A stretch of 64,000 bases of DNA from Malacoraja senta (Eukaryota): positions 21,020,001-21,084,000 of the forward strand of contig CM075988.1 of NCBI GenBank assembly GCA_038087875.1, read 5' to 3'. Both the position numbers and the translations under genes were made by a program. The first letter of the stretch is position 1; every line of letters starts with the position of its first letter. Under the pieces are notes generated by a model. It worked only from the letters and a program-made list of their open reading frames with translations. It ran no database searches and was not told where the DNA came from. This document shows, piece after piece, positions 61,256 through 64,000 of this stretch.

Positions 61256-62082
61256 TATGTGGATAAATGTGAGGTTATCCACTTTGGTGGCAAAAACGGG
61301 AAGGCAGACTATTATCTAAATGGTGGCCGATTAGGAAATGGGGAGATGCAGCGAGACCTGGGTGTCATGGTACACCAGTCATTGAAAGTAGGCATGCAGG
61401 TGCAGCAGGCAGTGAAGAAAGCGAATGGTATGTTGGCCTTCATAGCAAGAGGATTTGAGTATAGGAGCAGGGAGGTTCTACTGCAGTTGTACAGGGTCTT
61501 GGTGAGACCACACCTGGAGTATTGCGTACAGTTTTGGTCTCCAAATCTGAGGAAGGACATTATAGCCATAGAGGGAGTGCAGAGAAGGTTCACCAGACTG
61601 ATTCCTGGGATGTCAGGACTTTCATATGAAGAAAGACTGGATAGACTTGGCTTATACTCGCTAGAATTTAGGAGATTGAGAGGGGATCTTATAGAAACGT
61701 ACAAAATTCTTATGGGGTTGGACAGGCTAGATGCAGGAAGATTGTTCCCGATGTTGGGGAAGTCCAGGACAAGGGGTCACAGCTTAAGGATAAGGAGGAA
61801 ATCCTTTAAGACCGAGATGAGGAAAAACTTTTTCACACAGAGAGTGGTGAATCTCTGGAACTATCTGCCACAGAGGGTAGTTGATGCCAGTTCATTGGCT
61901 ATATTTAAGAGGGAGTTAGATGTGGCCCTTGTGGCTAAAGGGATCAGGGGGTATGGAGAGAAGGCAGGTACGGGATACTGAGTTGGATGATCAGCCATGA
62001 TCATATTGAATGGCGGTGCAGGCTCGAAGGGCCGAATGGCCTACTCCTGCACCTATTTTCTATGTATCTATGTATCTATGTA
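61256..62082 (+). mobile_element. CR1/HER1-type LINE, 5'-truncated, young (240-codon open RT C-terminal frame)
   Basis: ORF 61259-61981; 3' UTR and (ctatgtat)n tail. Confidence 0.94.
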
Positions 62083-62184
62083 GAACAGCACAGCGCAGCA
62101 AACAGGCCCTTCGGCCCACAATGTCTGCACTGGATGTGACACCACGTCGCACCAATCTCCTCTGCTTGCACATCGAGCAAGAGG

Positions 62185-63112
62185 CTTACATAGAGTGAAA
62201 GTGGAGAGGATGTTTCTACTCGTGGGAGAGTCTAGGACCGGAGGGTGCAGCCTCAGGATTGAAGGACGTACCTTTAGAATGGAGATGAGGAGGAATTTCT
62301 TAAAACCAGAGGTTAGCGAATCCGTGGAATTCATTGCCACAGACGGCGGTGGAGGCAAAGCCATTGGGTACTTTTGAAGTGTAGATTGATAGGTTCATGA
62401 TTAGTAAAGATGTCAAAGGTTTCGGGGAGAAGGCAGGAGAATGGGGTTGAGAGGGAAAGATAGATCAGCCATGATTGGATGGCGGAGCAGACTTGATGGG
62501 CCGAATTCTTCTCCTATGTCTTATGGTGACCGATATCCTTTGCTTCAGGGCCTATCCACGTACATTCCATACTTGTATCACAAGAACTGGGTGGCCATCT
62601 TGCTGCCATTTAGGGACGATAGTGCGGTACAGGGACAATGAAAATCTTGGCTGCTCATGTCATGCTGCTATCTAGTGTTGGTAAAATAGACAAGTTTTCA
62701 ACCTCCTGTCACTGGGACCAAATGCCATCTAGACCAGAACCAGCCAGATAGAGGAGACAAACCGGCCTGCATTTGAGTCACTCACTTTTTCAGTTTGTCA
62801 ATGAATTTCTGAGAATCAAGAACTGGAGGGCATAGATTTAAGGTGAGGGGGAAAGATTTAATAGGAATCTGTAGGGCAACATTTTCAGAAAGAGGTTGGT
62901 GGGCATATGGAACGAGCTGCTGCCAGAGGAGATGGTTGAGGCAGGTACTATAACAATATTTAAAAGACATTTGGACAGGTGCATGGATAGGAAAGGTTCA
63001 GAGGAATATGGGCCAAATGCAGGCAAATGGGACTCGTGCAGATGGGGCATCTTGCTCGGCATGGGCAAGATGGGCTGAAGGGCCTGTTTCCATGCTGTAT
63101 GGCTCCATGACT
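62185..63112 (+). mobile_element. Older CR1 3' fragments (62185-62525, 62810-63112)
   Basis: Degenerate VERMFLLVGESRTGG.. and VGIWNELLPEEMVEAG.. Confidence 0.75.
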
Positions 63113-64000
63113 ACCGTGGCACAAGGGTGCAGTGGTAGAGTTGCTGCCTTACAGCGCCAGAGACTCAGGTTCGATCCTGACTACGGGTGCTGTCTGTATG
63201 GAGTTTGTACGTTCTCCCGTGACCTGCGTGGGTTTTCTCCTGGTGCTCCGGCTTCCTCCCACACTCCAAAGACGTGTAGGTTAATTGGCTTGGAATAAAT
63301 GTTTAAAAAATTGTCCGTCGCGTAGGATAGCGTTAATGTGCGGGGATCGCTGGTCGGTGCGGGCTCGGTGGGCCCAAGGCCCTGTTTCCGCGCTGTATCT
63401 CTAAACTAAACTAAGACAGGTACTGGATTGCCTTGATGGCGCTATGGTTGGATAGTTGGGCATTTTCAGCTGTCAGTGAGAGCGATGTCAATGAGACGGT
63501 TTGAATTATAAAGTAGCACTGTAAGTAAATCGATAACCATGGGCTGCTGTGTGACCCTGATGAAAGGGCCCGCTAAAAGCTATTGATTGAACAACTTCAC
63601 CACCCATAAATATGCTTTGAAAGCTCTGCATGAAGCTTGCTTCAAAACGCAGGCATTGAGAGTCAACTCCAGAGTACTTAATAATCTGTACCGACAATGA
63701 AATCTTATTTGCGGCAGCTTAACAGGCCTGTAAAACTGTAGCCATAGATGACATATAATAACATTATGTGGAAAAAAAATTATGGAGAGCAAAAAGCCCA
63801 GAGTTCTTGGAGTGTAACTAAGAGAGTTCATCGTTTATGTTTAAGAAGGAACTGCAGATGCTGGTTTATGTAGAAGATAGACACAAAATGCTGGAGTAAC
63901 TCAGCGGGCCAGCCAGCATCTCTGGAGAAAAGGAATAGCCGATTCAGGACTTACCTTGACTTTCATTCATCTGGACGCGGAGGGTTGAGGTCCCGACCAC

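Noticed and set aside
61259..61981. 240-aa RT-related ORF as a host gene
   Set aside because: 5'-truncated CR1 ORF2 C-terminus lacking the catalytic core and a true start

Overview
Eukaryotic (vertebrate) genomic DNA, very probably from an elasmobranch such as a skate or ray. This is inferred from the abundant HE1-type tRNA-derived V-SINEs and CR1/HER1-type LINE 3' fragments. Most of the window is transposon-derived: SINEs, CR1-, Rex1-, Tx1- and RTE-type LINE fragments, Penelope-like terminal fragments carrying a minimal hammerhead-ribozyme core, Harbinger-type MITEs, a composite Helitron, a Kolobok-like element, and mini/microsatellites. There is a 200-N assembly gap at 35220-35419. The only well-supported host genes are two tandem + strand CD225/dispanin (IFITM/PRRT/SynDIG superfamily) paralogs. 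Gene 1 is complete, two-exon and 90 aa (15391-15522 + 18559-18699); it is absent from the ORF track. Gene 2 has a clear CD225 exon (31902-32024), but its last exon could not be found and may lie in the gap. Nearly all ORFs in the supplied track are repeat-derived or spurious. Repeat boundaries were read by eye and are approximate unless a TSD is quoted. No database search was run, so novelty cannot be asserted.
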